From assembly GCA_963729045.1 (NCBI GenBank), contig CAVSMN010000007.1, positions 64,001-128,000 of the forward strand: 64,000 nucleotides of DNA, read 5' to 3'. Positions 11,527-23,142 of this stretch are shown one piece after another. The stretch comes from an uncultured Nitrososphaeraceae archaeon (GTDB lineage Archaea; Thermoproteota; Nitrososphaeria; Nitrososphaerales; Nitrososphaeraceae). The notes under the pieces are model-generated. The model was not told the origin of the DNA and did no database searches. It saw nothing but the letters and a program-made list of their open reading frames with translations. Position numbers and translations under genes: made by a program. The first letter of the stretch is position 1. Every line of letters begins with the position of its first letter.

Positions 11527-12070
11527 TTATGATGATCTAATTTACATTACATATTTTAATTTAAAAAAATTTTCGTAGAATGTTAACTGATATGCATATA
11601 ATTTTTATCCAATATTCACGTTTCAAGTGAAATTGTTAACCATTTGCTTATCTATGTCATAGGAAAATTAATTAAGAATCCCATTAGACTGATGAATCCT
11701 GATGGATTTGCAATAATAAAGTTGACTATTTATATAAATCGCAAGAGGATATTTCTAAGCTAGCGGTTTTTGATCGGCAAAATAATTTTAGATATGACAT
11801 GTAGAATGGGTTCTTAGATTCCTGCAATTATTTTTTGAGCACGCATTTCCAAAAGAAAACCTATCATCAGATTGATAGGTAATGTTTATTGATTTGATGC
11901 AGTAGATTTTCAGTCCATATGCTTAAGCAAACGAAATAGTTATACTTCAAGCATAGGGAATATCTTTGATTTTTCAACTGTCGCAGCTTCTAAATCAATT
12001 TTTTAAGGTTTATAATGGTTTTATATTTGAACTCTATCTACTACCAAAGTATGCAATTTACCCCTTGTTT

Positions 12071-13504
12071 CTATTTACTCGATTTGACCCTCCTCCTGCG
12101 ATACATGAAATAAACAACAGCAATAATTATTCCGAGGATGAATGAAATAATGGGTATCAGGAAAAAAGGACTTTGATCATCACCCTGGATATCATTAGAT
12201 TTAGAAATGTCTAATCCGGACTGATTTTGACTGGTTATGTTATTAGGTTCCGTACCGATGATTTTGATTACTCTAGCATCTTTTCCAAATTCTATTACCA
12301 ATTTTCTGCTATCGTTATCTAAAGTGTATTCCCCAGATGATGTATTGCTCCCTACACTGGAGGATGATATATTTGAATCAATTTTATCAATAATTTCCTT
12401 ATATTTTGCTGGTTGGTTATTTACAAGTACTGTAAAGTTCTTATCTTCTTCGCCTATCCTCGAATCTATTATGTTCCGAGGCAGATCAATTGATAGCTCA
12501 CCATTTTCGTCATATGATAAAATATCAAGATTTAGGGTCTTGATTTTTGAATTTGATTCTAATTGGAGACCATTTAGGCTTCCGCCTTTTAGTTCGACGC
12601 TTGTGTAATCAATTTTATTATTAACTGTTATGGGAATAATTTGTTGTAATATTTTGTCTAATCCGGACTGATTTTGACTGGTTATGTTATTAGGTTCCGT
12701 ACCGATGATTTTGATTACTCTAGCATCTTTTCCAAATTCTATTACCAATTTTCTACTATCGTTATCTAAAGTGTATTCCCCAGATGATGTATTGCTCCCT
12801 ACACTGGAGGATGATATATTTGAATCAATTTTGTCAATAATTTCCTGATATTTTGCTGGTTGGTTATTTACTAGTACTGTAAAGTTCTTATCTTCTTCGT
12901 CTATCCTCGAATCTATTATGTTCCGAGGCAGATCAATTTCTACAATATCTGACTTATTTTGACCTGGAGTTAATACAAGAATTATGCTCCTTTGATCATT
13001 ATCATAAAGTATGTTATTAATTCTATCTCCTGCACTTGAGATTGAGATTGGATTAAGAATGCTACCTGTTTTGACTTGATAATAGATATCGTTTTTGAAA
13101 GATGGATGACCAGGCTGATTTCCATTTGTGGATGTGTTTCCAAAGATTTCGTCTTGAATCTTAGGAGCACCTATAGTAGTGGTATTTTCATTATTCAAAC
13201 TAGATAATGCATCTCTAAAATCAAAGTCGGTGGTACTTAATATTACTACAAACGTTGACATCGTGAGTAGGCATACTCCAATCAACACCGAACTTCCATA
13301 CTTCCACAATAGTTTAGTATAGATTCGATCATATGATATAAGAATTCTGCGTGGATTATTTGCTTTAACAGTCAAAGTGTGCCCTTCAATGTAGCTATTA
13401 TTGATAACGGTGTGATCCATGGGGGATAATTTTTCAAATAGACTATTATGAAATTGATATTTATTTAACAACATTGAAATTTCATTCCCTATACCGATAT
13501 ACAA
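12071..13504 (-). CDS. Thaumarchaeal cell-surface protein with two duplicated beta domains and C-terminal TM helix plus basic tail (start uncertain)
   Basis: IDLPRNIIDS..FTVLVN..RKLVIEF..IKIIGT twice; N- and C-terminal hydrophobic helices; Asn/Ser rich. Confidence 0.75.
   Translation of the reverse strand: MYIGIGNEISMLLNKYQFHNSLFEKLSPMDHTVINNSYIEGHTLTVKANNPRRILISYDRIYTKLLWKYGSSVLIGVCLLTMSTFVVILSTTDFDFRDALSSLNNENTTTIGAPKIQDEIFGNTSTNGNQPGHPSFKNDIYYQVKTGSILNPISISSAGDRINNILYDNDQRSIILVLTPGQNKSDIVEIDLPRNIIDSRIDEEDKNFTVLVNNQPAKYQEIIDKIDSNISSSSVGSNTSSGEYTLDNDSRKLVIEFGKDARVIKIIGTEPNNITSQNQSGLDKILQQIIPITVNNKIDYTSVELKGGSLNGLQLESNSKIKTLNLDILSYDENGELSIDLPRNIIDSRIGEEDKNFTVLVNNQPAKYKEIIDKIDSNISSSSVGSNTSSGEYTLDNDSRKLVIEFGKDARVIKIIGTEPNNITSQNQSGLDISKSNDIQGDDQSPFFLIPIISFILGIIIAVVYFMYRRRRVKSSK
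12208..12938. repeat. Direct repeat, 284 bp x2 (12208-12491, 12655-12938), offset 447 bp, ~5 mismatches
   Basis: Manual alignment of the two copies. Confidence 0.95.
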
Positions 13505-13640
13505 TTGGATTTCGGGATTATTTTACCATCTTCTGAGTATCCTGATGGAATATTATATATATTCGATTACAGCTTTATTCGATACTTGACATTTATTTTG
13601 TTATTACGTGATTCAGCAATTGGTATGGGGGATTTGTATA

Positions 13641-13892
13641 TTGTCAGCTGAGAAGAAAGAGATAAGAATAGTTGATCATATATACCAACCTAAACATGAA
13701 ATTCTAACAAAAGATGAAGCTGAAATTGTATTTAAGAAATTTAATTCTAAACCCAGTCAATTCCCATATATGATGTCTTCTGATAAAGGCATTCAAGGGT
13801 TAGAAGCTCAACCTGGGGATGTTATTAAAATTACCCGAAAGAGTTCTACTGCAGGTGAAAGTGTATATTACCGATATGTAGTAGAAGGTTGA
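13641..13892 (+). CDS. rpoH: RNA polymerase subunit H (Rpo5)
   Basis: HIYQPKHEIL, PGDVIKITRKS.TAGESVYYRYVV; TTG start inferred. Confidence 0.95.
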   Translation: MSAEKKEIRIVDHIYQPKHEILTKDEAEIVFKKFNSKPSQFPYMMSSDKGIQGLEAQPGDVIKITRKSSTAGESVYYRYVVEG

Positions 13893-13900
13893 TCTAGGGA

Positions 13901-16900
13901 ATGACAGTCAGTATCAGTAATAATTCTATAGATATGTGGCCTATAATCAATGATATTTTGCGACGAGAGGGAGTAGCAAGACAACATCTTAATTCTTACA
14001 ATGAGTTCATTGAACGGGGACTCCAAAGCATAATTGACGAAGTTAACGAGATAGAAATTGAAACGGCCGAATATCCATATAAAATTAAATTGGGAAAAAT
14101 AAAAATGCAGCAACCTAGGATCATGGAGTTAGATGGTTCAATTACTCACGTGGCACCAGTCGAAGCTCGACTTCGCAATTTAACTTACGCCTCTCCAATC
14201 ATGTTGGAATGCAGCATAGTTGAAGAGGGCAAAACTTTGGAATCCAGATTTATACATATTGGTGATATGCCTGTAATGGTGAAGTCAAACGCTTGTATGC
14301 TTCATAATTATTCTGAATCAAAATTAGTCGATGTAGGGGAAGACCCAAAGGATCCAGGTGGATATTTCATTATAAACGGGTCAGAAAGGGTAATTGTTGG
14401 ATTGGAGGATCTTTCTTATAATAAGATTATCGTTGATATCGAGGAAACATCGGGTACCATGTTATACAAGGCTAAAGTATATTCTTCAATTGTTGGATAT
14501 CGTGCAAAATTAGAGTTGATTATGAGGCCCGACGGTTCCATTGTTTCAAAGATTCCAGGTTCTCCAGTTGATATCCCACTTATCATATTAGTACGAGCAT
14601 TAGGCTTGGAGTCTGATAAAGATATTGCCAATGCAGTTTCCTTGAATGATACTATCCAGGACGAACTGGAACCTTCATTTGAAAAATCTGGCGAAGTTGC
14701 TACCAGCAGAGATGCCATAATCTACATAAGCAAAAGAATTGCACCAGGCATGCTAGAGGAGTTTCAAATAAAACGAGCGGAAACATTATTGACTGGGGGC
14801 TATTGCCACATCTTGGTAAGAATCCTGATAACCGGTACGAAAAGGCATTATTCCTAGGCGAATCCGCATGCAAATTAGTTGAATTAAATCTTAATTGGAT
14901 TGAACCAGATGATAAGGATCATTATGGCAATAAAGTCATAAAATTTGCAGGTCAGATGCTAGCAGACTTATTCAGGACCGCTTTTAGGAACCTAATAAGA
15001 GATATGAAGTATCAATTAGAAAGATCTGGTCAAAAGCGAGGAATCAATGCAGTTGCAGCTGCTGTCAGGCCTGGAATTATCTCTGACAAGTTAAATAATG
15101 CTATAGCTACCGGAAATTGGGGTAGGGGTAGGGTAGGTGTTACCCAACTTCTAGATAGAACAAATTACATGTCTACAGTTAGTCACTTAAGAAGAATCCA
15201 GTCCCCACTAAGTCGAAGTCAACCCAATTTTGAAGCTAGGGATTTGCATGCAACTCATTTTGGACGTATTTGTCCATCCGAAACCCCAGAAGGATCAAAT
15301 TGTGGCTTGGTTAAAAACTTGGCACTGTCTGCAGTAATATCAGTCAGCGTTTTATCATCAGATGTAATTGAAAAGTTATACGAATTGGGTGTTCAAAATG
15401 TGAACGAGACGAATGATGATTTGAAACAAAAAGGTGCTAGGATATTTGTCGATGGTCGTTTAATTGGATACATAGAAGATGGTCGTAATTTATCAAATAG
15501 GTTGCGTACTATGAGGCGATCTGGCAGAATGCATCCTCACATGGGAATCTATTTTTATTCTTCTTTAAATGACAATGCAACAAAAAGATTGTATATTAGT
15601 TGTAACTCAGGCAGGGTTTTACGACCCCTGGCAATTGTAAAAGATGGTAATATATTACTGACAAAGGAAGTTATCGAAAAAATTTCAAAGAAATTCTTGT
15701 CATGGACTGATCTTTTATACATGGGGATTATAGAACTGGTAGATGCTAATGAGGAAGAAAATTGCTATATTGCAAGTGAACTAAGGAACATAACAAACGA
15801 CCATACTCATGTTGAGATCTTCTTATCTTCGATATTGGGTGTAGGAGCTTCTATTATTCCCTACCCTGAACATAATCAATCACCTAGGAATACATACGAG
15901 AGTGCAATGGCAAAACAAAGTTTGGGATTCTCTACTCCACTAATGAATGCAAGTACATATGTGAGACAACATTTTATGCTATATCCCCAGATGCCTGTTG
16001 TAAGTACTAAAGCAATTAACTTATTGGGATTAGATGAACGACCAACCGGTCAAAATTGTGTAGTAGCGGTTTTGCCATTTGAAGGATATAATATTGAAGA
16101 TGCTGTGGTTTTTAGTAAATCATCTGTAGATAGAGGATTAGCACGTACGTTCTTCTACCGTGTTTATGAGGCTGAAGCTAAACAATATCCTGGTGGAATG
16201 AAGGATACATTTGAAATCCCTTCTTCTGAAGCTAACATTCGTGGTTATCGTGGAGAAAAATCTTATCGTTTGTTGGAACCAGATGGTGCGATAATGCATG
16301 AATCAGTAGTTAATGGGGGTGATATTTTGATAGGCCGAACCTCCCCGCCCAGATTCATGGAGGAATATAAAGAGTTTGAAGTTAAGGGTCCATATCGACG
16401 GGACACATCAATCGGTGTTAGACCATCAGAGAACGGAGTGGTCGATACTGTTATCATGACACAGTCAGTAGAAGGCGGCAAAATGTACAAGATTCGAGTC
16501 AGAGATATGCGAATTCCTGAGATAGGGGATAAATTTGCCTCCCGTCATGGTCAAAAAGGAGTTGTTGGTATGCTTGTAAACCAAGAGGACTTGCCTTATA
16601 CAGAAGATGGTGTAGTTCCTGATGTGATGATCAACCCCCATGCGTTTCCTTCTAGAATGACCGTTGGGATGTTCATGGAATCATTGGGTGGTAAAGCAGC
16701 TTCTTTGAGGGGCAAAATAGTTGATGGTTCTGCATTTTTGGGTGAAAAATTGAATGATATTAAGGATGTAATGGAAGTCATACGGATTCAAGCATAGTGG
16801 AAAAGAAGTAATGTATGACGGGAGGACCGGGAAGAGATTCCCTGTTGATGTATATGTTGGCGTAGTTTATTACCAAAAGCTACATCATATGGTAGCCGAC

Positions 16901-17263
16901 AAGATTCATAGTAGAGCTAGAGGTCAAGTTCAAATGCTAACAAAGCAACCTACAGAAGGTAGAGCTCGTGGAGGTGGGTTAAGGTTTGGAGAAATGGAAA
17001 GAGACTGTTTAATTGCTTATGGTGCGTCAATGATGCTAAAGGACAGACTTTTAGAAGAATCTGATAAAGCGGAGATAAACGTATGTGAGAGATGCGGTTT
17101 GTTATCATATTTTGATACAAAACAGAGAAAATATGTATGCAGGGTCTGCGGTGACAAGGCAAAAATTTCTAGTGTTATAATTGCATATGCCTTCAAATTG
17201 TTATTGCAAGAAATGATGAGTTTAAATGTCGCTCCACGCTTATTGGTAAAGGAGAAGGTTTAA
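13901..17263 (+). CDS. rpoB: RNA polymerase subunit B (Rpo2, unsplit); -1 frameshift near 14790 and +1 near 16778
   Basis: [47 protein letters not shown] across three ORFs. Confidence 0.97.
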
Positions 17264-17297
17264 TCTTTTTGTTTTTATATAATGGAGGTCTTTTTAA

Positions 17298-20200
17298 ATG
17301 AATGATGAATCTGTCAAGATATTAGATGGTATTAGATTTAGCATTTGGTCACCTGTCGAGGTAAGAAAGTTTAGTGTTACTGAGGTGACAGCACCAGAAA
17401 CATACGATGAAGATGGAATGCCCGTTCAGGGGGGGTTGATGGACAACAGACTGGGAACATTGGAGCCTGGTCAAAAATGTGCAACCTGCGGAAATACATC
17501 TGCTAGATGTCCTGGGCATTTTGGTCATATAGAACTTGCCGAACCCGTTCTACACATCGCATTTATCGATGATATTCATAAATTGCTTTTGATTACATGC
17601 AGATCGTGTAATCGTATTAAACTTAGTAATGAGGATTTAGAAAAATACAAAAATTTACGTGACAGCAAGGCAGCATATGCTGTAATTACTCTTGAAAACG
17701 TTAAAGACGAGATTATTGAAAAAGCAAAGAAAGTTAAAGTTTGTCCACATTGCCAGAAAGAACAATATGATCTCATTTTTACAAAACCTACAATCTTTGT
17801 TGAAAAAACTGATGTAGGGGAGAATAGGTTATTACCCATTACCATTAGGGAGAGACTACTAAATGTTTCAAATGACGACCTAATATTGTTAGGATATGAC
17901 CCAAAGACTGCTCGACCTGAATGGTTCATTCTTCAAGTCTTGCCCGTACCCCCAGTTACAGTTAGACCATCTATTATTCTAGAAACAGGTATTCGATCAG
18001 AGGACGACTTGACTCATAAGCTAGTGGATATTATTCGAGTAAATCAGAGACTCAAAGAGAGCAAAGAAGCTGGAACACCTCCTTTGATTGTTCAGGATTT
18101 GGTAGATTTATTGCAGTATCATGTTACTACTTACTTTGATAATGAAGTATCGGGTATCCCTCAGGCCCATCACAGGTCCGGAAGACCATTAAAGACCATA
18201 ACCCAGAGGTTAAAGGGTAAAGAGGGTCGATTTAGAGGATCCCTATCGGGTAAGCGAGTTGATTTTTCAAGCAGAACCGTAATTTCACCTGATCCAAATC
18301 TTACCATATCCGACGTGGGTGTACCAAGTGATGTCGCAAAAAAGCTCACAATACCCGAAACTGTTTCTACCTGGAATATTGATAAGCTGAAAAATCTTGT
18401 TCTAAATGGACCCAACAATTATCCTGGAGCTAATTACATTATTCGGCCAGACGGTGTAAAAATAAGACTGGACTATGTCACGGATCGAGCTGCTATTGCT
18501 GATTCAATAATGAATGGATATACTGTGGAGCGACACTTAATGAATGGGGATGTTGTAATATTTAACCGACAGCCATCATTGCACAGGATGTCTATTATGG
18601 CTCACAATGTAAGAGTACTTCCATATCGTACTTTTAGGCTCCATCCGGCAGTTTGTCCACCATATAACGCAGACTTTGATGGTGATGAGATGAATTTACA
18701 TGTTCCCCAAAGCCAGGAGGCACGGGCAGAAGCGGCCTTGTTAATGCGGGTTCAAGATCAGCTAATATCGCCAAGATATGGAGGGCCTATTATTGGTGGT
18801 ATACGTGATTTTATAACTGGGGCCTTCCTATTGACAAAGGATGAAACGATACTAACTGCTGATGAAATTGCTAATTTTGCGTATTTGGGTGGGTATAGTG
18901 GACCTTTACCGAAACCTCATTTAGAAAAGGATGGAAAAGCATTTTTTACAGGCAAACAGTTATTTTCACTTTTCTTACCAAAGGATTTCAACTTTGTAAT
19001 TACTTCAAAGTGGAATAAAGCCTCAAAGTTGCAGGGCAAGGATGTAGTCATTAAAAACGGGCAGTTGATGTCAGGCGTAATCGATAAAGCTTCAATAGGT
19101 GCAGAAGAACCTGATAGTGTACTTCACAGAATCGCAAAGGACTACGGTAACGATGAAGCAAAAAAATTCCTTGATGCTATACTTATTATGTTAAAGACCT
19201 ACATTACTCACAGAGGGATTTAGCTATGGGTATTCTGATTTATGGTTGAGTGACGAAACTCGAAAAGAAATTCAAGATGTAATTCAAAAGACTTACAATA
19301 AAATCGATGAATTGATAAAACAATATCATGACGGTACATTACCTTTAACCAGAGGTTTATCTCCTGAGGAAGCCTTGGAGTTATATGTTGTTAATGAACT
19401 CTCAAGGGCAAGAGACAGAGCTGGAAAAATTGCCGACCGATCGTTTCCTGATGACAATTCTGGTGTAATCATGGCTTCAACCGGGGCAAGAGGTTCCACT
19501 TTGAATATTGGACAGATGACTGCAGCTTTGGGTCAACAATCAATCCGTGGAAAAAGGATTATCAAAGGATACAGGAACAGGGCGTTACCACATTTTAGGC
19601 CCGGTGATCAAAATCCAGATTCTAAGGGCTTTGTTAAATCAAATTATAGAGACGGACTTAATCCAATCGAATTTTTCTTTCATGCCATGGGGGGTAGAGA
19701 GGGTCTAGTTGATACTGCAGTGCGTACTCAACAATCAGGATATATGCAGCGCAGACTCATTAATGCATTAGAACATCTTAAAATTGAATATGATTTAACT
19801 GTTCGTGACCCACATGGAAATATCATTCAATATGTTTATGGAGATGATGGTATTGATCCGGCCAAAAGCGATCATGGTGATGCCGTTAATATCACTAGGT
19901 TGGTAGAGAGCGAATCCGTTATTGATGAAGGAGTCAAAACTAATGAGTCCGAAATGAAGGATTTGTTGCTGAAATTCAAGGAGAAGATGAATCCTAAATT
20001 AACCCAGGAAATTGAAGCAGCATTGTTATCCTATCCACTTAGCAAAACTGGGATTAAGAAAGTAGTTCATAAAATTATGGATTTGTTCGAAAAAGCAATG
20101 ATAGAACCAGGAGAAGCAGCGGGAGTTGTTACTGCCCAGTCTATTGGAGAACCTGGTACACAGATGACGCTGAGAACTTTTCATTTTGCTGGAGTAAAAG

Positions 20201-21094
20201 AAAGAAATGTAACATTAGGGTCTACCAAGACTTATTGAGCTAGTGGATGCAAGAAAGAAACCGGTTACCCCAACAATGGATATTTATCTTGATGATGAAC
20301 ACAAATTGTCTAGGGAGAAAGCCTTAGAAGTTGCAAAGAGGATTATTTTTACACGGATATCCGATTTAGTAAACAAGGTAGATACCGATTACAGTGGGAA
20401 TTTGTCATTTTTCTTCTCTGAAAAGAAGATAGCCGATAGAGGAACGTCTATACAGGAAATCCATGAAGTTTTGAAAAGTTCTAAGAAGAGATACGAAGTT
20501 ACCATAAACGAGGATACTCTCGTTATAAAAGTTTCCCTGTCTCAAGAACCAGATGCTCAAACTTTACTAACGCTACGAAATAAATTATTGAACGGGCGCG
20601 TTAAGGGCGTCCCTGATATCGAAAGAGTAACAATTGTAAAACAAAATGACGAATGGGTGATTCAGACAGCTGGTTCAAATTTGGCAAAAGTGGTGCTAGT
20701 AGAAGGAATAGATGTATCCAGAATCACTACAAACAATGTGTTCGAAATATGGCAAACTCTGGGGATTGAAGCTGCAAGAACCGCACTAGTCAAAGAAGTC
20801 ACTAATACTTTAGAGGAACAGGGTTTGGAAGTTGACATCCGACACATTATGTTAGTGGCAGATTTGATGACATCTAAAGGATACCTGCAACAAATTGGCC
20901 GTCACGGTATAGCAGGGACAAAGACTTCTGTATTGGCAAGGGCAGCCTTTGAAATTACTGTCCCTACAATCGCTAGGGCTGCGCTAGAGGGACAAGTGGA
21001 ACCATTAAAGGGAGTTACTGAAAATGTAATAGTCGGAGCAACTGTACCAGTTGGCACTGGAATGATTGATCTATATATGAGTGTCAAGGAATAG
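17298..21094 (+). CDS. rpoA: RNA polymerase largest subunit, fused A'+A'' (Rpo1); +1 frameshifts near 19216 and 20219
   Basis: [38 protein letters not shown]; the A'/A'' junction is continuous within ORF 19246-20238. Confidence 0.97.
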
Positions 21095-21102
21095 AGAAGC
21101 AT

Positions 21103-21405
21103 ATGAATGAAAAGAAGTTGGCAAAAATCCTAAAGGAAGGTGTAAAAAATAACAAAATAAAAACAGGATATAAAGAAGTTTTACAGTACATCAAAGGCAC
21201 AAAGTTAATTGTACTTTCAAAGACATTGACCCCTGAAAAAGAAGAAAAAATAAAAAAGTCTGCTGAAGAAAGCGCTATTTCTGTGATATCTTACCCTGGA
21301 AATTCCGTACTGCTCGGAAGGCTTTGCAGCTTATCATATGGAGCCAGTGTGGTTTCATTAAAAAATGTCTCTGATGAAGAAGTAAAAGAGTTAATGAGTA
21401 GTTAA
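21103..21405 (+). CDS. rpl30e: 50S ribosomal protein L30e
   Basis: G.KEVL, GNSVLLGRLC; position after rpoA. Confidence 0.9.
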   Translation: MNEKKLAKILKEGVKNNKIKTGYKEVLQYIKGTKLIVLSKTLTPEKEEKIKKSAEESAISVISYPGNSVLLGRLCSLSYGASVVSLKNVSDEEVKELMSS

Positions 21406-21575
21406 ATATTTCCACTTCTTATGCGGAAATCTGATTAGAAAATACAAAAGTTCCTCATTTTATTATTATTTGTATATCTTAAATTTTCATCTTAAAATAG
21501 ACTTAAATTGGGATAACTTTGAGAGAATTATTTATACTTGGATGAATTATTCTTTTGTTATTGGGTGCGTATGAA

Positions 21576-22046
21576 ATGAGTGAAAAAATTAAGTTATCTC
21601 CAGATGAATTTCGATTATTATCGTTATTTCAGACAGTCACGGCCGCAGATGCCCGGGACTGTATAATTGATGAAAAGATGGAACGTGTAATTTTTGTTGT
21701 AAACAGAGGACAAATGGGAATGGCAATTGGCAAAGGGGGCTCCAATATTAAGCAGTTACAGAACGTGATTAATAAGAAAATAGAATTGGTCGAACATTCT
21801 GAGAATCCAACTGATTTTGTCAAGAATATTTTCAATTCAAATATTATTCAAGAAATTCGTATAAACGATCGTATGGATGGAACCAAAATAGCCTTAGTTG
21901 TTGCAGATGCAAAGAAAAAGGGACTAGTCGTTGGTAAGGATGGAAGGAATGTAGACAAAGCCCGACTACTTGCAAAGAGATATTTCAATATTACGAATGT
22001 CCTGGTTGTTAGTCCGGAACAATTAATTAAAAGTGAAAAGATGTGA
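21576..22046 (+). CDS. nusA: Archaeal NusA (KH domains)
   Basis: GMAIGKGGSNIK, GLVVGKDGRNV.KARLLAKRYF. Confidence 0.95.
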   Translation: MSEKIKLSPDEFRLLSLFQTVTAADARDCIIDEKMERVIFVVNRGQMGMAIGKGGSNIKQLQNVINKKIELVEHSENPTDFVKNIFNSNIIQEIRINDRMDGTKIALVVADAKKKGLVVGKDGRNVDKARLLAKRYFNITNVLVVSPEQLIKSEKM

Positions 22047-22052
22047 TATTTA

Positions 22053-22490
22053 TTGAGTAAATCACCGTTAGGATTATTCTCGGGTAGAGTTTTAAAAACC
22101 AAACGAAAGCGCTCCCGATGGTCAAACAAGTATTATAAACGTAGAATGTTGATGTTAGATAAGAAAGCTAATCCGTTGGAGGGTGCTCCACAAGCCAGAG
22201 GTATTGTTTTAGAAAAGGTCGGAATTGAATCAAAACAGCCTAATTCTGCAGTCCGAAAATGTGTGCGGGTGCAATTAATAAAAAATGGAAAATCAATTAC
22301 TGCATTTTTGCCCCGAGACGGTGCATTAAACTTTGTAGATGAACACGATGAAGTAGTCTTGGAAGGGATAGGCGGCTCAATGGGTGGTGCAATGGGTGAT
22401 ATCCCCGGAGTTAGATGGCAAGTATTCAAAGTTAATGGTGTGTCTCTAAATCAATTGGTAAGAGGAAAGAAGGAGAAACCAAGGCGATAA
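22053..22490 (+). CDS. rps12: 30S ribosomal protein S12 (uS12)
   Basis: [27 protein letters not shown]. Confidence 0.98.
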   Translation: MSKSPLGLFSGRVLKTKRKRSRWSNKYYKRRMLMLDKKANPLEGAPQARGIVLEKVGIESKQPNSAVRKCVRVQLIKNGKSITAFLPRDGALNFVDEHDEVVLEGIGGSMGGAMGDIPGVRWQVFKVNGVSLNQLVRGKKEKPRR

Positions 22491-22492
22491 CA

Positions 22493-23101
22493 ATGAGTGG
22501 AAAAGAACAAGTAAATATGCTCCTATTTAACAAATGGGATACAAGAAATATTGAAATAGTTGATGAAGGTCTGAAAAATGTAATCCATTTACATCCCTCA
22601 ATGACAATACCGGTAACATTTGGACGTCATGAGCATCAACGATTGAAAAAAGCAGAGGTCAACATTATTGAACGACTGGTCAACAAACTTATGCATTTTG
22701 GAAAAAGATATGCTAAAAATACGGGACGAATGGGTGGTAAAAAGACAAAGGTTATGAACGTTGTAAAAACTGCACTCGAAATCATATCAATAGAAACCGG
22801 TAAGAATCCTGTAGAATTACTCATAAGGGCGATAGAAAATGCCGCTCCAAATGAAGATACTACCAGAATAGTATATGGTGGTGTGGTTTATCATGTTTCA
22901 GTTGATGTTTCACCTTTAAGAAGAGTGGACCTAGCTTTGAGATTCATTGCCGAGGGAGTGCGCGAGTCGACTTATTCTTCACCTCAAGCAATGGAAGAGG
23001 TACTTGCCAGAGAAATAATGTTAGCCTCTGAGAACGACATGAACAGTTATGCAATAAAAAAGAAAAATGAGCAGGAAAGGATTGCAATGTCATCTAGATG
23101 A
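22493..23101 (+). CDS. rps7: 30S ribosomal protein S7 (uS7)
   Basis: IIERLVNKLM, VDVSPLRRVDLAL, ERIAMSSR. Confidence 0.98.
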   Translation: MSGKEQVNMLLFNKWDTRNIEIVDEGLKNVIHLHPSMTIPVTFGRHEHQRLKKAEVNIIERLVNKLMHFGKRYAKNTGRMGGKKTKVMNVVKTALEIISIETGKNPVELLIRAIENAAPNEDTTRIVYGGVVYHVSVDVSPLRRVDLALRFIAEGVRESTYSSPQAMEEVLAREIMLASENDMNSYAIKKKNEQERIAMSSR

Positions 23102-23142
23102 TTACAAACTATCGATTTCTATCATTTATTTAGTGACATTCA

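Noticed and set aside
13901..21094. Split rpoB'/B'' and rpoA'/A'' genes
   Set aside because: Breaks fall inside conserved motifs (TLLDWG, HRGFS, TLGLPR), not at natural split points, and single-base fixes restore them.
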